Origin: the human T2T-CHM13v2.0 reference genome, Homo sapiens
Reading direction: 5' to 3' (one strand)
Length of the DNA stretch: 64,000 nt
Assembly (NCBI RefSeq): GCF_009914755.1
Contig: NC_060942.1
Part shown: positions 41,523 through 55,200 of the stretch, piece after piece
How positions within the stretch are numbered: the first letter of the stretch is position 1
How the letters are laid out: every line of letters starts with the position of its first letter
The notes under the pieces: model-generated
Told to the model about the DNA's origin: nothing
Database searches by the model: none
What the model saw: the letters and a program-made list of their open reading frames with translations, nothing else
Program-made: the position numbers and the translations under genes

Positions 41523-42946
41523 ACTTTTAAAACACACTTGTGACAAAAGGGAACAGTAAATGTAAATAGCCTTGTATATATTAAGTAGTGAAGCTACAAA
41601 ATAATAGGGATATAGTAATGCAATCAAATAAAAAACTAGGCATTTGTTTCTTCCAGAAAAGAAAAAAACAATAGAAAAACTTTTATAGGAAAGAAGGCAT
41701 AGTCATCTATGGACAACACTTACATAGCCAAAGCAATGTACAATTAAATAATGTCTAACCAAAAAATGTGGTATGACTAAATTGGGAGGATAGGGGAGAA
41801 AGAATGGGTGAATGCTATAAAAAGCCAATATATAATGTCTAACTAAGGAAAAAATCAAGAAATAGCAAAAACAAGAAGTTACTTATAAATACATTAGAAA
41901 ATAAGAGGAAACAGCTAAAATATTTGAAGTAATTACTTTTGTAGAATAAGAAAAAAGGAGAATAGTCAAAGAATTGTATTTTTTAAATATTCATATTTTT
42001 GGAATATTTTGGTAATATTTAACATTGTAAATCTCAAATAATTGGATTTTTCAATATTCATATTTTTTAATATTACATATTAATATCTGAGATTGTAAAT
42101 TATTTATATGCATTATTTCATTAAAACTTAAATTAACAATGATATAAGCTCATTATAGAATTTTTGAAAAATACAAAAAGTCTAAAGAAAAGAAAAATCA
42201 TATTTAATGTATTTTAGAGATAACACTCTTCATATTGTTGTGGTATTATATATAACCTTGTGTAATAAACACAAACAAAAAATACATACACTAAGAAATT
42301 TGCAAGTTTTTATATTGTTTTACTTAACTGATAACACTTTGAATTGTCAGTTTTTATAGTATCCATTTTTTATGCTTATCTAAATTTATAAGCAATATAT
42401 CACAAATCATGAAACTAATGCAAGCATAAAGAATAATAAAAATGTGTTTTATAATGGGGAAGAGGAATAAGTTTCATAGCCCAAGGAAGATGATATTTCA
42501 CGAGTACCAAGAATTAAGGGAATATTAGGGCACAGTGTAATAAACAGATAGATACTTTTTTGGACTTTTCTCTTCTGGTTATCAAACAATTTTAATAAAA
42601 ATGGTTCTTAAGAGAATAAAGTAGTATTTCTGTTATTGTTCCAATACAAAATGGTTTTACTTTTCTATACTTCCTCTCATATGTAGGGTTTAATGTTTTA
42701 GCTTATATTATGTAATTGGCTTACTCATTAAGTCATTAAGACTTCAGTTAACAAAGTATCTTTTGTCTGACTTGCTTATTGCAATAGCCCTGGTAATAAA
42801 CAAATGTCTGGCTCATAGTAAGTACTTAATAATTAAGAAATGGATGGATTATTTTAAAACTCAGTATATTAACAATTGTCTCCTCAATCATATTTATGAA
42901 ATTTTTGAAGTGCTTCCAAGAGTGAAAAAATTCTTCGTACATTATA

Positions 42947-43440
42947 CAGGTTGAGTATCCCTTATTTGAAATGCTTGGGACAACAATTGTTTCAACTTTC
43001 AGGTTTTTCTTCAGATTTTGGAATATTTGCAAATATATAATGAATCATCTTGGGGATGGAACCAAAGTCCAAACATGAAATTCACTTATGTTTCATATAC
43101 ACCTTGTATACAGAGCCTGAAGTTAACTTTACCCAACATTCTAAATCATTTTTTGCATTCAATTTTATGTACATTGAACAATTTTATTAACCTTTGTGGG
43201 TGTGTGTGAGAGAATCTAGGAGTGTGCAGAAAATATATATTGCCACTGAATAGAGCCAAGGGTCTTTTTTCCCTCTGAGAATACTGAAGAAATTGTGTTG
43301 GGTGCATGCATTTTGACTGTGATTTGTCACATGAGGTCAGGTTTGGAATTTTCCACTTGTGGCATCATGTTGGCACTCAAAAATTTCAGACTTTTGAGCA
43401 TTTTGGGTTTCATATTTTTGGATTAGGAATGTTCAACCTA
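42947..43440. mobile_element. Tigger4/Zombi (MER46-group) deletion derivative
   Basis: TIRs ta|caggttgagtatcccttatttgaaa ... ttttggattaggaatgttcaaccta. Confidence 0.8.
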
Positions 43441-44870
43441 TGTCATGTTTATCACAGTTGAACAAAAGTGGGGAAGAGGCTACACTCCATGTAAATCTTA
43501 CTGCAAGTCATGACATTAGAGACACGGTCAAGGTGAGACAAAATTATGAAAAGTCAAAACACATTCTCTTATGTTCCTCTTCCTCCAATTTGAAAAGTTT
43601 TCACATGGATAACTGTTACAGCTGGAAGACGAGTACATTCATATATTCTAGTACTTTCTTTGAGTGCATTTGAATTTTTGTATATGAGTTGTATGTGAAA
43701 TATATATATATTTCCATAAAAGCAGAAAACAACCTCTAAGTTCCTGCAGAGCCTTCCCAGTTACTAATTGGTCATTTCATTTTAGGTGTTCATTTATAAT
43801 TGCTAAGGCTTTATTTTTTTGTGGGGGGAGTATAAGTTTTTTATAAGAAAGAAAATATAAGAAGTTTCAGATCCCCAAGTTATGATGGTAAAAATTTAAA
43901 TACTATCATAGGTGAATGAGAGACACTTTAATAGAGGACAGTCAATAGCATAGAGTATATCTGTGAGTAAATTACAGAAGGGCTGCCTATTTACGAAAGG
44001 TGCTTCCTCTGGTCAGATGAATTATGAAAAGGTTCCCTCTCCCCTACGCAAATGCAGCTTCCCACTAGCAAAGTTGGCTTGGCAAAGCAGAACATGACCT
44101 AGAATGGGCCTCTACTTTCTCCATGGTTAGCAGCTTTGTAGTGCGCACAAACTTTTTCACTTTATTATACCCATACGGAGCGGCCAGGAGGAACCATTTC
44201 TGACATCCACCAAATCCCTCACATTGGCAGTAGCCTATTCTACCTACTCCAAAGGTCATCCTGAATAGTGTAAATGATTATCTAACAATGTGACAAAAAA
44301 TACTGCCCATTAACTGGACTGAGCAAAAGTTACCCTTAGACTTGAAAGAACGATGAAAATGATATTCCTACTAAGCTTTGAAAGCTGGGACTGTTCAAAG
44401 TACTGCAGTTGCAGGAGACCCTCAGACTGGAGGGTGTTTCTTAGTGATTCAAATGTCACCTGAGTCCCACTCCAGGAACAGAAGTCACTTGAACAATTTG
44501 TACTGAGCTCCTCCTATGCGTCCGAGTTCAAAGATGGGCTCCTTAATTCCTTCACACAGATTCGAGTTACTACCTTCTTTTATGTAAAAGAATGCAAAAT
44601 GGTAAATCATATTGAATAGCAAAGTAACCCTTAATACTTCCAGAATTCTTAGACACAAATTTTCTACAAAATCGTTGCTAGTAACATTTATAATAAAGTA
44701 GAAAATGTCTCTTTTTAGCAACATGACTGATAAACATGAGTCTTTAAATGATGAACTCTCTGCTTATATTTGATCTGCACACACATCTACAAATTCCCAG
44801 GGGTGCATTCACAAGTTAGCATGAAAATATCTAACACCAGGCAGGAAATTCTTGCCTTAGAAAGAAATGG

Positions 44871-45180
<310 letters not shown>

Positions 45181-48100
45181 AATCAAATGGAACTCATATT
45201 GTCTACTGAATTAAAAATCAAGACAAATATTTCTCTTTTACTAATGCTTTCATATATCTACATATATATAGATATATACACATATATACACACACACAAT
45301 CACACACACATATAAAAATGTGTATATATCCACACATATGCATGTATATATATGTATACATATTTAAAGTACTTAATTCCCACAAAGCACCTAACGATTA
45401 ACTTTAAATATAAGTCATAATATAGTATTTAAACACAACATGCAAGGACAACAAAACAAACTAAAACCTACCAAAGATCCTAATTTTAAGTGGAATTAAA
45501 GTCTACAGAATAAAAAATACATAAAACAAAGAAGAGAAAATTCACTTTCATTCATATGAAATAATTAATTTAAAATATTTGTAGAAAGGAAATATATTGA
45601 CAGAAATTTGATATCAGTAGACCTCTAGTGGTTATTAGAGTAACTGATAATTTTACTACTCTCCATTACTGCTTTCTGTGACCTAAAACAGTTTTCAAAT
45701 GTGCCAAAATGTTATTTCCCATGGCAATACTACAAATAGTAACCTACTCATGTAGGTTGGAAAACAAAGCAAAACAATTAAACTAACTTAATAAGTTAAC
45801 CACAAACTAACAAATAAAATAATTTTTACACCTAAGAAAAGTCCTTATACATGCTTAATTTTAGAAATTCACTTTTCTCATCATAAAATTTCCATGAACT
45901 GAAAGAGAAACCCATTGCATATCTGTATGTTACTTTCTCTCATTTTTAGATAATTACAATATGTTGGCATTTTCTTGATGTCAAGATGTTTTAATCAAAA
46001 TTTAAATATGTGAGCTATAAATAAATACTTGTATTTATCTTTACCTTAGAATGAAATGAATGTTAGCTTCAGAGGATGGTGGTCGTAACCCTATCAACAT
46101 TGGTCACATCACAGAAATTTGTTTTAGGGAGACATAAATTGTGTCTGAAGTGAAGTTAATTCCCTTCTTTTAAATTTAAGTAATTGTTATTGAAGGATGA
46201 CTTTTCACCTTTATTAGTAAAGACAATTGTCAAAATGTAAAGGATGTCTTTAAGCAACGCCATTTCTGATGTGAAACTAGATGTCATGGACATAAAAATT
46301 ACCTCCATAGGACAATGATGGACAACCTCAATGCCATCACTTCAACAGATCAATTACTTCCCACAAGTAACAATACATTTCATTCCTACAAATCATCAAA
46401 TCATTTCAAAAGGGGAAGTGTAGGAGAAGATAAAACATTTAATAATTCATGTTCAAGATAACTTATTGGTGTATCTATAATGGCAAGCCAATATGAAAAC
46501 AATAATTCAATAATTACTTACATGGGAACAAAATACTATATCCAGCAAACACAGTTTTAAAATGTTTTGCTCTAGAGAAGGAATTCTAAAATGCCTCGTG
46601 ATCACTTATAAAAGAACATAGGTATATAATAAACATAATATCCAATTTACTACAAGGTATTAAAAAAGGAGAGACATTTATCAGGATGATAAATTTAAGG
46701 TAGCTGTGAAGCTCTAGATATGGTAATTTCTGGCCTCTGCCCCAAACCTAAGGTTAGCGGTTGTTACTAACACTTGCACTTCAGGTAGGACTGGCATAAA
46801 TTCACATGGTCATCAACTCAACTGTACAAAAATAGAAGACATTTTTTCTTTTTAATTGAATCTAGTTTATTTGCCCCACTTCTGGTCAGGGAAGGAAACC
46901 GGGGCCAAATGAAGCTCGCTTAGCCAACTAAAACTCAGTTTAGCCCGCTAAAACTCAGTAACTTTTGTCAGGATTCTACCACCACTCCTTTCTCTCTAGG
47001 AACCTAAATAACCATATTTTGTGAGGCTTTGGAAGTGTGGGTTGGCAGAAAAAGGAGGCAAGTGTATTCTCCCCTAATTATCCCCAACGAAGAGTAACTT
47101 TCGCATCATATGTCTATCATTGTTAAATCTGCTGATGATGACCATGAACTTGTCAAGGCTTCCAGGTGACAGATTCAGGACTTCTGTGTCCTGAATCTCC
47201 AGTTAAGGAGATTCTCCCAGTTCACCAAACCTCCCAGCTGCTTCTCCTTGCCACCCCATCCTAGGCTGGAGTGTGTATCTGTGAGATTTTCCTTTAGTGT
47301 AAGTACCTAAATACCCCATGCCATTGTTGCTGAACCCTTCAGGTGCCATGTTGGACAAATGAGGCTAGCAGTTTTCCTGACTACACCTTGAGTAATGAGA
47401 CACACACTTGCTCCGATCTTGTACCTTCAACCATATACCAACTACCCTGCCACAGGGACAATATCCAGTATGCTTTTCCCAGTGAGCATCACATCTTATT
47501 TCTCCAAATTGCTCTTTCCCACACACATATGATTGAACGATTAACTTCTTTTGGAAGAAAAAAAAAGTTCTTATGTAATTATGCATTCTTGTCTCTTCTA
47601 TAATTTATTCATTCAGACTTTTAGGTTTTTGCTCCTATTTAAAGCCAAGTTTTTAGAATTCTGTTCTTTGCCTGCATCTTGCAAGTCAAAGTCATGGTTT
47701 TAAAGATATATAACTATGCTATTAATTTTAAAATATCTACTTAAACACTCAAAAGCCAAGCAATTGATTGTTGTTTCTTTCTATACCAGACTTAGCCTAA
47801 GGGCTGTTCATTGGGAAAATCCTGAATTCTGCTTAAAGGAGATGTGGTAAGCAGAAGTAAAAGGCATTGAAAAACAAAGCATACCTAATACCAAAATATT
47901 GCCCCATTTGTACCACAACAATTTAGAAGGCACGAGGCCTTGACACATCCTATTGCTTCTGCCTTACATGTTCTTGTGCCTTTTGTCACCTGTGATGTGT
48001 CATTCATCCTCTGGATCTCTGTCCCTTACATTGAGAAGCATTTGCAGCTCCTCCATCCTCAGGTCAAACTGTAGCCACTGCTAGACTCTCTCATAAGACT

Positions 48101-48289
48101 CCTCTTCCAGTTTGTAGTTATACATATATTCCTATAGTTATCTAATGGCCTCACCCCTGCAACCAGATTACATATCATCTGCAAGATTGTGGGCCTCTTC
48201 TATTTTGCACACTGCTGAATCTCCAGCCCTGCATATAGTTCTGGCACATAGTAGGTGGTCAATAACATTCTGTTGTAAATGACTTTATT

Positions 48290-48470
48290 ATCTAATAAGT
48301 TCCTATAGACTCCGATGTTAATAAGGCATATATTACCCCTAATTGAAATGAAGGGCTCATAGGCTAACATAAAAAGCGGCATGCACCAGGGCACACAGGT
48401 TATATCACAGAACTGGGATCTAAACTTTGATACTGTGAAGGCTGGGCCACTGCTACGTCCATTGTACCAC
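48290..48470 (-). mobile_element. MIR SINE
   Basis: caggttatatcacagaactgggatctaaac-type reverse MIR sequence, preceded by an L2 3' end at ~48200-48275. Confidence 0.55.
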
Positions 48471-50089
48471 ATCCTTGTCCATCATATTCATCCTTTTTTA
48501 AGAGATGGGCTCTTGCTACACTGCCCAGGCTGGCCACAAACATCATCATCTTTAATAACAGTTAGGATGTGCTTTATAAAGAAGTCTTAGAAAACACATG
48601 TTTAACTGGGTAAAGCATCATTGTTAATGGCAAAAAGAAGCACAGTTTAATGGAAAGAAAATAAAATGTAAGGTTTAGCTTTGAAATGGGAATAATGTGT
48701 GACATAAGATACTAATTTGATTGTTAAACTACATGATAGTCATTATTGTAATAGTACCTCAATGGGTAAAAAAACAGTTTTCAAAGGAAAAAGCCAAAGT
48801 ATCTAGTCTATCTGGAACTTATTTATAAAATTTTCATACCCAGAATAACATTCTGCAGTCTTCTTTTTAAGAAATTAGAAGATGGCCCTTTATCTACTGA
48901 TGCAAATGCAGAAGCTGGCCTATTTACAGATTCACAATTGTTAGACAGAAAATATGCCTAAGTGGTAACTGATTCTATTATTAACTTCTCAATTTACTAA
49001 ACATAAGTTCTCAGGACCACAATATCTTTTAAGTACTTTTAATGAATGTTATTGGTCTAGTTTCTTTATTTCCACAAATGCAAGTAACTTCAATTAATAA
49101 TATTAAAACTTCTTTTGAAGTTTGGCATTTTATTTTGAAAAGTTTGCTCACATTTGTGTAGGACTGAACATATTTGATAAGTCTACTTAACTATAATCTG
49201 GATAATTTCCACATTATACACATTTTAATATTCTTTTAAAATATTTTATTAGATTGAAATGACTATCACTATTATATAATGTATGTTATTTTAAGACATG
49301 TGACTTGTATAATTGATAGCTGAAAATAGCCTATTTTTCTGAATGCTTTATGTAGGAAAATGGCACTCTTCATCAATAACATATATATTTTATTGTATGT
49401 CACACAAAGCAAGGCTGAATAGTTATAAAATAAGCTTATAAGATAAGGTACATCACTATTGACATGAGTGGATGGTCATGAATGAAGAGTGTTTTTCTTT
49501 TCCTTCCATCATAGCTTGGTCTTATTATTTAGAATAAAGCACAGTAAAATGAAATGAGAAGATACAAAATAATAAATGCAGCCAAAGAGGGCAGCCACAT
49601 TTTCCTATTGTCCTTTCCAGACAAAGGAGAATTGGAAGGAATGAAAGAAACTGTCAAAAGTCAATTACATATTTAACAGATATAAGAAAATATGAATTTT
49701 AAACACAGGGCAATTATTGTCAAGAGAGATTACTGAACAAACAGAATTTAGGTTTCCTACTCCTGTTTTAGAGAGCTAGACAGAACCAATACATTTCAAT
49801 GGCTACAAATAATATTTTAATTTCTTTATAACAATGCAGAAACAAAGAGGATACATGCATGATAATAGGAAGTTACAGGAAAACATCTACAAGTGGTTAT
49901 TATAGACAGATTATAAAAGCACAAGCTATATAAAAATATTAGCTATATTATTAATTTTCTGTTTAGAAAATAAGAACATAATGGAATGGTTGAGCCTGCA
50001 AAGCATAAAACAATAGGTGTGAGCAAGCATAAACTATAGGATATAATAAATGCGGTGGTTACACAGCTGGGCTTGTGGCAACTTAGAAA

Positions 50090-50325
50090 CTCATGCTTAA
50101 AGCCATGGGCATCAGAACCAGAAGGCTGTGTTCCAATCCTGTTTCTACTACTTAGTAGTTGTGGTGATGATAGGCTAGTAAATTAGCCTCCGTGTCCTCT
50201 TGTATACCAGAAAAAGAAAAAAAAAAAGTGTCCACCTCAAATGGCTCTAGTAAAAACTTTAAAAAGCTTATTCCTCAAACAGCGCCTAGCGTTCAGTAAA
50301 CAGTCAAGAAATTTTAGTTCTCGTC
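50090..50325 (+). mobile_element. MIR SINE
   Basis: gttccaatcctgtttctactacttagtagttgtg...; 3' end aacagcgcctagcgttcagtaa. Confidence 0.65.
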
Positions 50326-51711
50326 ATCATCTGTCCTTTGAGTTAGAAATGCCTTTTAAAAATAATTTGATTTTATATGGTTGAATTGGATGAGAGTTTA
50401 TATGGTTTTTATTGACTCTAAAATAGAATCATGCACACAATATTTTAGATAAACAAACTACTGGTTCTGCTGGCATGCTTTAAGAGAGTAGGCATGTCCT
50501 CACAGAGACCACTTTAGAACCCCACATCACCATTCAGTGCACTAAACTCCACTGTCCCTATGCTGATAACCTGATTTCTCTTGTTTGTTTCATCACAGAT
50601 TTGAATAAAGACAGGGCTAAGCAGTGATGAGTTGCACGTTTTATTCTGTATGGCACCAGGAATGATTCTCCCTAACATTGTTACACCATAACAATAATGA
50701 CATGTTAGTGAATTAACCTCATAGGGAGAGATGGGCTGACTGATGATATGTGACTGCCAGAAACCCTCAAAATTTCTAAAATGTATATGAACATTTAAGG
50801 TTGCCAAAGACATAACAATGCAGTGGTTGAAGGAAATCCCAAGAAATACTCCAGTACCTCAAAACCTCAGGAAATATTTTATGAAAAGTGATTGAGTGGA
50901 AATTAAAAATTATTGTTGAAACAGCTAAATTTTGCTCTCTCTCTCTGTCTTTATATATACACATACCCATACATATATACACATGTACGTTCAAGATGGA
51001 TTAGGGATAAGGGTTCTTATGAATGAGATTCTTCATAGAGGAAAAAGAAGGAAGTGATGATTTCACAATATTTTGGCAATATTTGTGAGCTTTCATGTTG
51101 ACTATAGTTTCTTGAAAATGGAGTGGCAGATTGGGAGGAAAAAGGAGGAAACAACTCTGAATGACTCTCGCAGCCAGGATGGGAGGGAGAAACTAGAAGA
51201 GTGGAAAGTCTGTTCTTTCAGGAATCACCTTGGTTTTCTAAGGAAGGGCCAGCTGGGAGAAAAATGGGGGTGTCTCCATTGCTTTTAATTCCTTTCTCTA
51301 GTTTAAGAAAGCACTAAACCAGTTTAGAGATGTACAGAAAATGAGACAAGATAAAATGTTAGGAACAAGAAAGAGAACCCTAACAGGGTGAACACACAGA
51401 TGGTTCTGGAACTATAATAAAGTTTAGAGAGAGATTATCTAAAGCTTCTCATTTACAAATATAGAAAAGGTTGTCCAAAGTTGTCAATAATACTTAAATA
51501 ATGTTGCAGAACTAGTTACTGGCCGAGCTAGTGTCAATATTTATGGCTGAGAGGTCTTTTATGCTGTCTTCTTAATGGATTCACTTTAACATACCAAAGC
51601 TACTAATTATTTTATTGCTTCATAGTAGATTGTGGTTGTAGATAAGGAAGAATTCACAGGCCTCAGGAACCCCAAAGTAAGATATAAAAAAGACAGAATA
51701 TTCATCCATGG

Positions 51712-52252
51712 ACGTTGTTGTTGTTTCTTTCTGTGTGGTTTTCTTTTAGCAGTCAGGCCCTTCTTCCTTAGGGCTACTGCGGTTTGTTGGGGGTTCACTC
51801 TGGACTCTATTCACCTGGGTCCCTCTTGCCCCTGGAGGTATCACCAGTGGAGGCTGCAGAGCAGCAAAGATGGCAGCCTGCTTCTTCCTCTGGAAGTTTT
51901 TTCCCAGAGGGGCACTGACCTGATGCCGGCTGGAACGCTCCCATATGAGGTGTCTGGAGAGTCCTGTTGGGAGGTCTCACACAGTCATGAGGAGCCAGAT
52001 CAGAGACCCACTTAAATAGGCAGTCTGGCTGCCCCTTGGTGGAGCGGGTGTGCTGGGCTGGGTGGAATCCCCCTCCTCTGGGCTGCCCTGACTCTCCAGA
52101 GCTAGCAGACAGGAAAGACTAGGGCTGCTGATCCAAGATACTGCGGTCGCCCTTCCTCCTAGGGGCTCTTCTCAGGGATACCAGAGTTCTGTCCATAAAC
52201 CCCTGGCTAGGGATGCTGAAATTGTAACAGGGAGGCCCCGCCCGTCGAGGAT
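51712..52252 (-). mobile_element. Isolated primate L1 (older L1PA) 5'UTR fragment
   Basis: GC-rich block with gtatcaccagtggaggctgcagagcagcaaagatggcagcctg and cccagaggggcactgacctgatgcc, the reverse of L1PA 5'UTR; no ORF1 adjoining. Confidence 0.82.
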
Positions 52253-55200
52253 AAGGAAAGCAACTGCCTATATAATATTTGGCAAGAATAACTGAGTCTA
52301 AGGGTTGAGTGCATTTCACTATAAAAGTAAGCAGATGGGGAAGAAATTTCAAAATACTATTTCAATTTAAAAAGTATTTATATTTTATTGTATTTCAAAT
52401 ACTGTGTGTGGCTCCAAAGAGAATATGCAAGGATACATAAGATATACTTTGTTTTTTGTCCCCAAAGCACTCCCAGTCAAGTGGAGAAATGAGACTGGTA
52501 AGAAAATAATTACACTGTAAATTTATAATAATTATAATGAAATATCCTTTCAACCCCTTTCTTCAATACTTTCCAACTGTTCTTTCTTTATATCACCCAC
52601 AATCTAACTAGGATCTCTATAAACCTAGTAAATAAAGATTTTCATGGCCAATTTACCCCTACGTTGTAGTTGATTTATCTGTCTGCACAGCTGGCATGCA
52701 ACACCAGCTTCAAAGCCCTACTAAACACTGAAATTGCTTTGCCTAAAGGCTAAAGCTGTTTTTAAAAGAAGTAGTAGCTAGCTGACCCAAATTAGTACAA
52801 GAAAGTTATAAAGGAACACAGCATGGTGTTCAGTTTACGGTAAGAGTTTATAAAGGCTAGCCAGGTGATAGTAAAAACAAAAACAAAAATAGACAAAAAA
52901 GACAGTTGTTCAAGACTTTCAAGTTGGAAATGCAGGTGGTCTGATTCTATAATATAGCTGGATATATAAATCAATAGGTTCAAAATTTATTTGAATAAAT
53001 TCAGAAAGGATATGTATTGTCTAACATCTCTCCAGTTGTTATGAGGCTTCTTAATTTTATTTATGCCTTAACAGACAGACAGAAATCCATATTTAAGGAT
53101 TAAACGGTCTAGCATCTGCTATTTGGTCCTAACAGAAATTTGGCATCTCCTGGAGGTGCTGAAACTGATTGAACTTTGGATCCACATAAACATTCATGGA
53201 CTGGCAAACACTGTCAAGAAGATAGTGACAAAACCAAAAGAGCAATATCTCAAAACAAAGAACTAACCCAGCAGTAAAATTTCAAATTAATCTGACGTCC
53301 TTCACTGATCAGATTAGACTCTCCAAAGCAAGCATGTAACCAAGCCGATTTCCCCTAGTTTCCCAGAGGATCAGAACCTAGCTAAGATGGGACTGGTCTC
53401 TAGGGTGTGGCAAGTTTGAGCCTGAAATCAATGAGCTAATTCTCTAAACAAGCACTCGTTTATATGAAAACACACTTATGTAATATGAGTAAAGTATTGA
53501 AAGGCAGAATTGTCACTAAAAAAGGTAGAGCAAACTCCCAAATAAGTGATCTTAAATGTAAAAAGTAAATAACATTCCCTAGATATGCATTTTAAATAAA
53601 TATACAACTAAACATCATTTTTCATACCTATCCTTTATATGTAAGTCAAATTGCCTTTTCTTCTGCTTTTGGAAACAGAGAATTACTGCTTAAAAGCAAT
53701 TTCAAATGATTAAATACTTACACATGAACACACATATACACACAAATAACAATATTATGAATGGATTTAATAATCAAAATCTCCTCCAATTCATAGTAAC
53801 ATTCCTTCAAATTACTTGTTTTCTTTATATTACTTATAAAGGTAGTTTATACTTCTGTAAATTATTATACAATTATTTATAGAGCAACTGCCATAAAGAG
53901 AGTTTTCTAAAAGCTTCATCGAATTAACTAACTCAATTCAGAATATTTAAACAAATTCATCATGTGAATTAGGTTTAATAATGCATTAAAACAACTTGAA
54001 TTAAGAAAAAAGAGCAGCATTGTATCATTTTTAGGTATTTTAAGTCCAGAAGTGTATGCAAATTAAAAAGTGAGAGTAAAAACACTATTAGGAACGAATT
54101 CAATTTTGAAGTCAAATATTTTATTACATTTGTATAAAAGAATCAACATCCTTTTAACAATTTTTGCTCTATCCCAAGTTTCCTAAGAAATTGTAAACAC
54201 TGAAAGAAAACAAACTTGCACAAGAAAGAAAATGACTTACACAAGACAACATAATCTCTCCAGGGAATCTGGTGTTCAGCCTGAAAAACATTTTAATAGC
54301 TTTTCTGATTAAAATTCACCATCACAAAAAAGTTAACCACTGAATTTAATTTCCTATTCAGTATACTGTTTTACATCACTTTTATTAAAAACATGTTTTA
54401 TTAGATTTTCCAATGAAATTAAATGGTGAACAGCACATAGTTCTTGCTTTTACTGCTGGTTTATACACTTTAATAATTACATAAAACTATCTTATTCAAC
54501 CAAATTAAATTCAATTTTAGCCACAAGCATATTTTTACTAAAATTTTATTCACATATAAACTGGGCAGTAAAAACAGCATTTCAAAGGAGTATTTCATGT
54601 GTGTTTGTGTGTGTGTTCTAAAGTCCAGTGTGTGCAGTGTTCATATACATAAGACTGAAAACAGACTGTAAAATTTCTTAGAGTAGAATAGGAGCATTTT
54701 CAAAATTTACAAAAGAACTGTCATATGTGGCAATTGTCATAACTAAGAAAGCAGAGCTAATTGAAACACATACAAACACATACATATACTAGGAATGAAC
54801 TTACATGCTATTCCTCATTCAAAAAGTAACTCAGAAGTTACTGGTCACAACATTTGAGCATGAAGTGCACCAATGTGACTTAATCCCCTTTAGACCTATT
54901 GTCATTTTGGCACTCCAGAACAGCTAGGTAGAATAGTAAAGAATATCTTCACAAGCATAGTGTGGAGCACTGGTTCCCATACTTACATCCCACACAATTG
55001 TCTTAGTCATCCCATCTGAGATGGGTCCCATGAATCTGTATTTTTAAAATAAATTCCCAATGTAGGAGTTTCAGGAGGCCAGTTTAGCACATAATCTGAA
55101 TTAGGATATAAGAAAAAGTGAAACTCCAACAGTTATATCTGTTAATGTACTTATTTATCTCACAATCAGATTGCTATTTTTTGTTAACTTACTCCCCTCT

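Noticed and set aside
46035-46060. Recursive splice site candidate ttcattctaag|gtaaag (also weaker ones near 29365 and 57985)
   Set aside because: AAG acceptor and an interrupted pyrimidine tract; I found no YAG|GTAAG with a strong tract by eye, although a long neural intron could contain one.
46720-47385. GC-elevated block, possibly an old LTR
   Set aside because: I could not match it to a family or define its termini; it needs a Dfam search.
51632-52015. 127-aa plus-strand ORF, possible L1 ORF0 relative
   Set aside because: It has a non-ATG start outside the L1 fragment and no resemblance to ORF0 that I can confirm; GC-rich sequence is depleted of stops.
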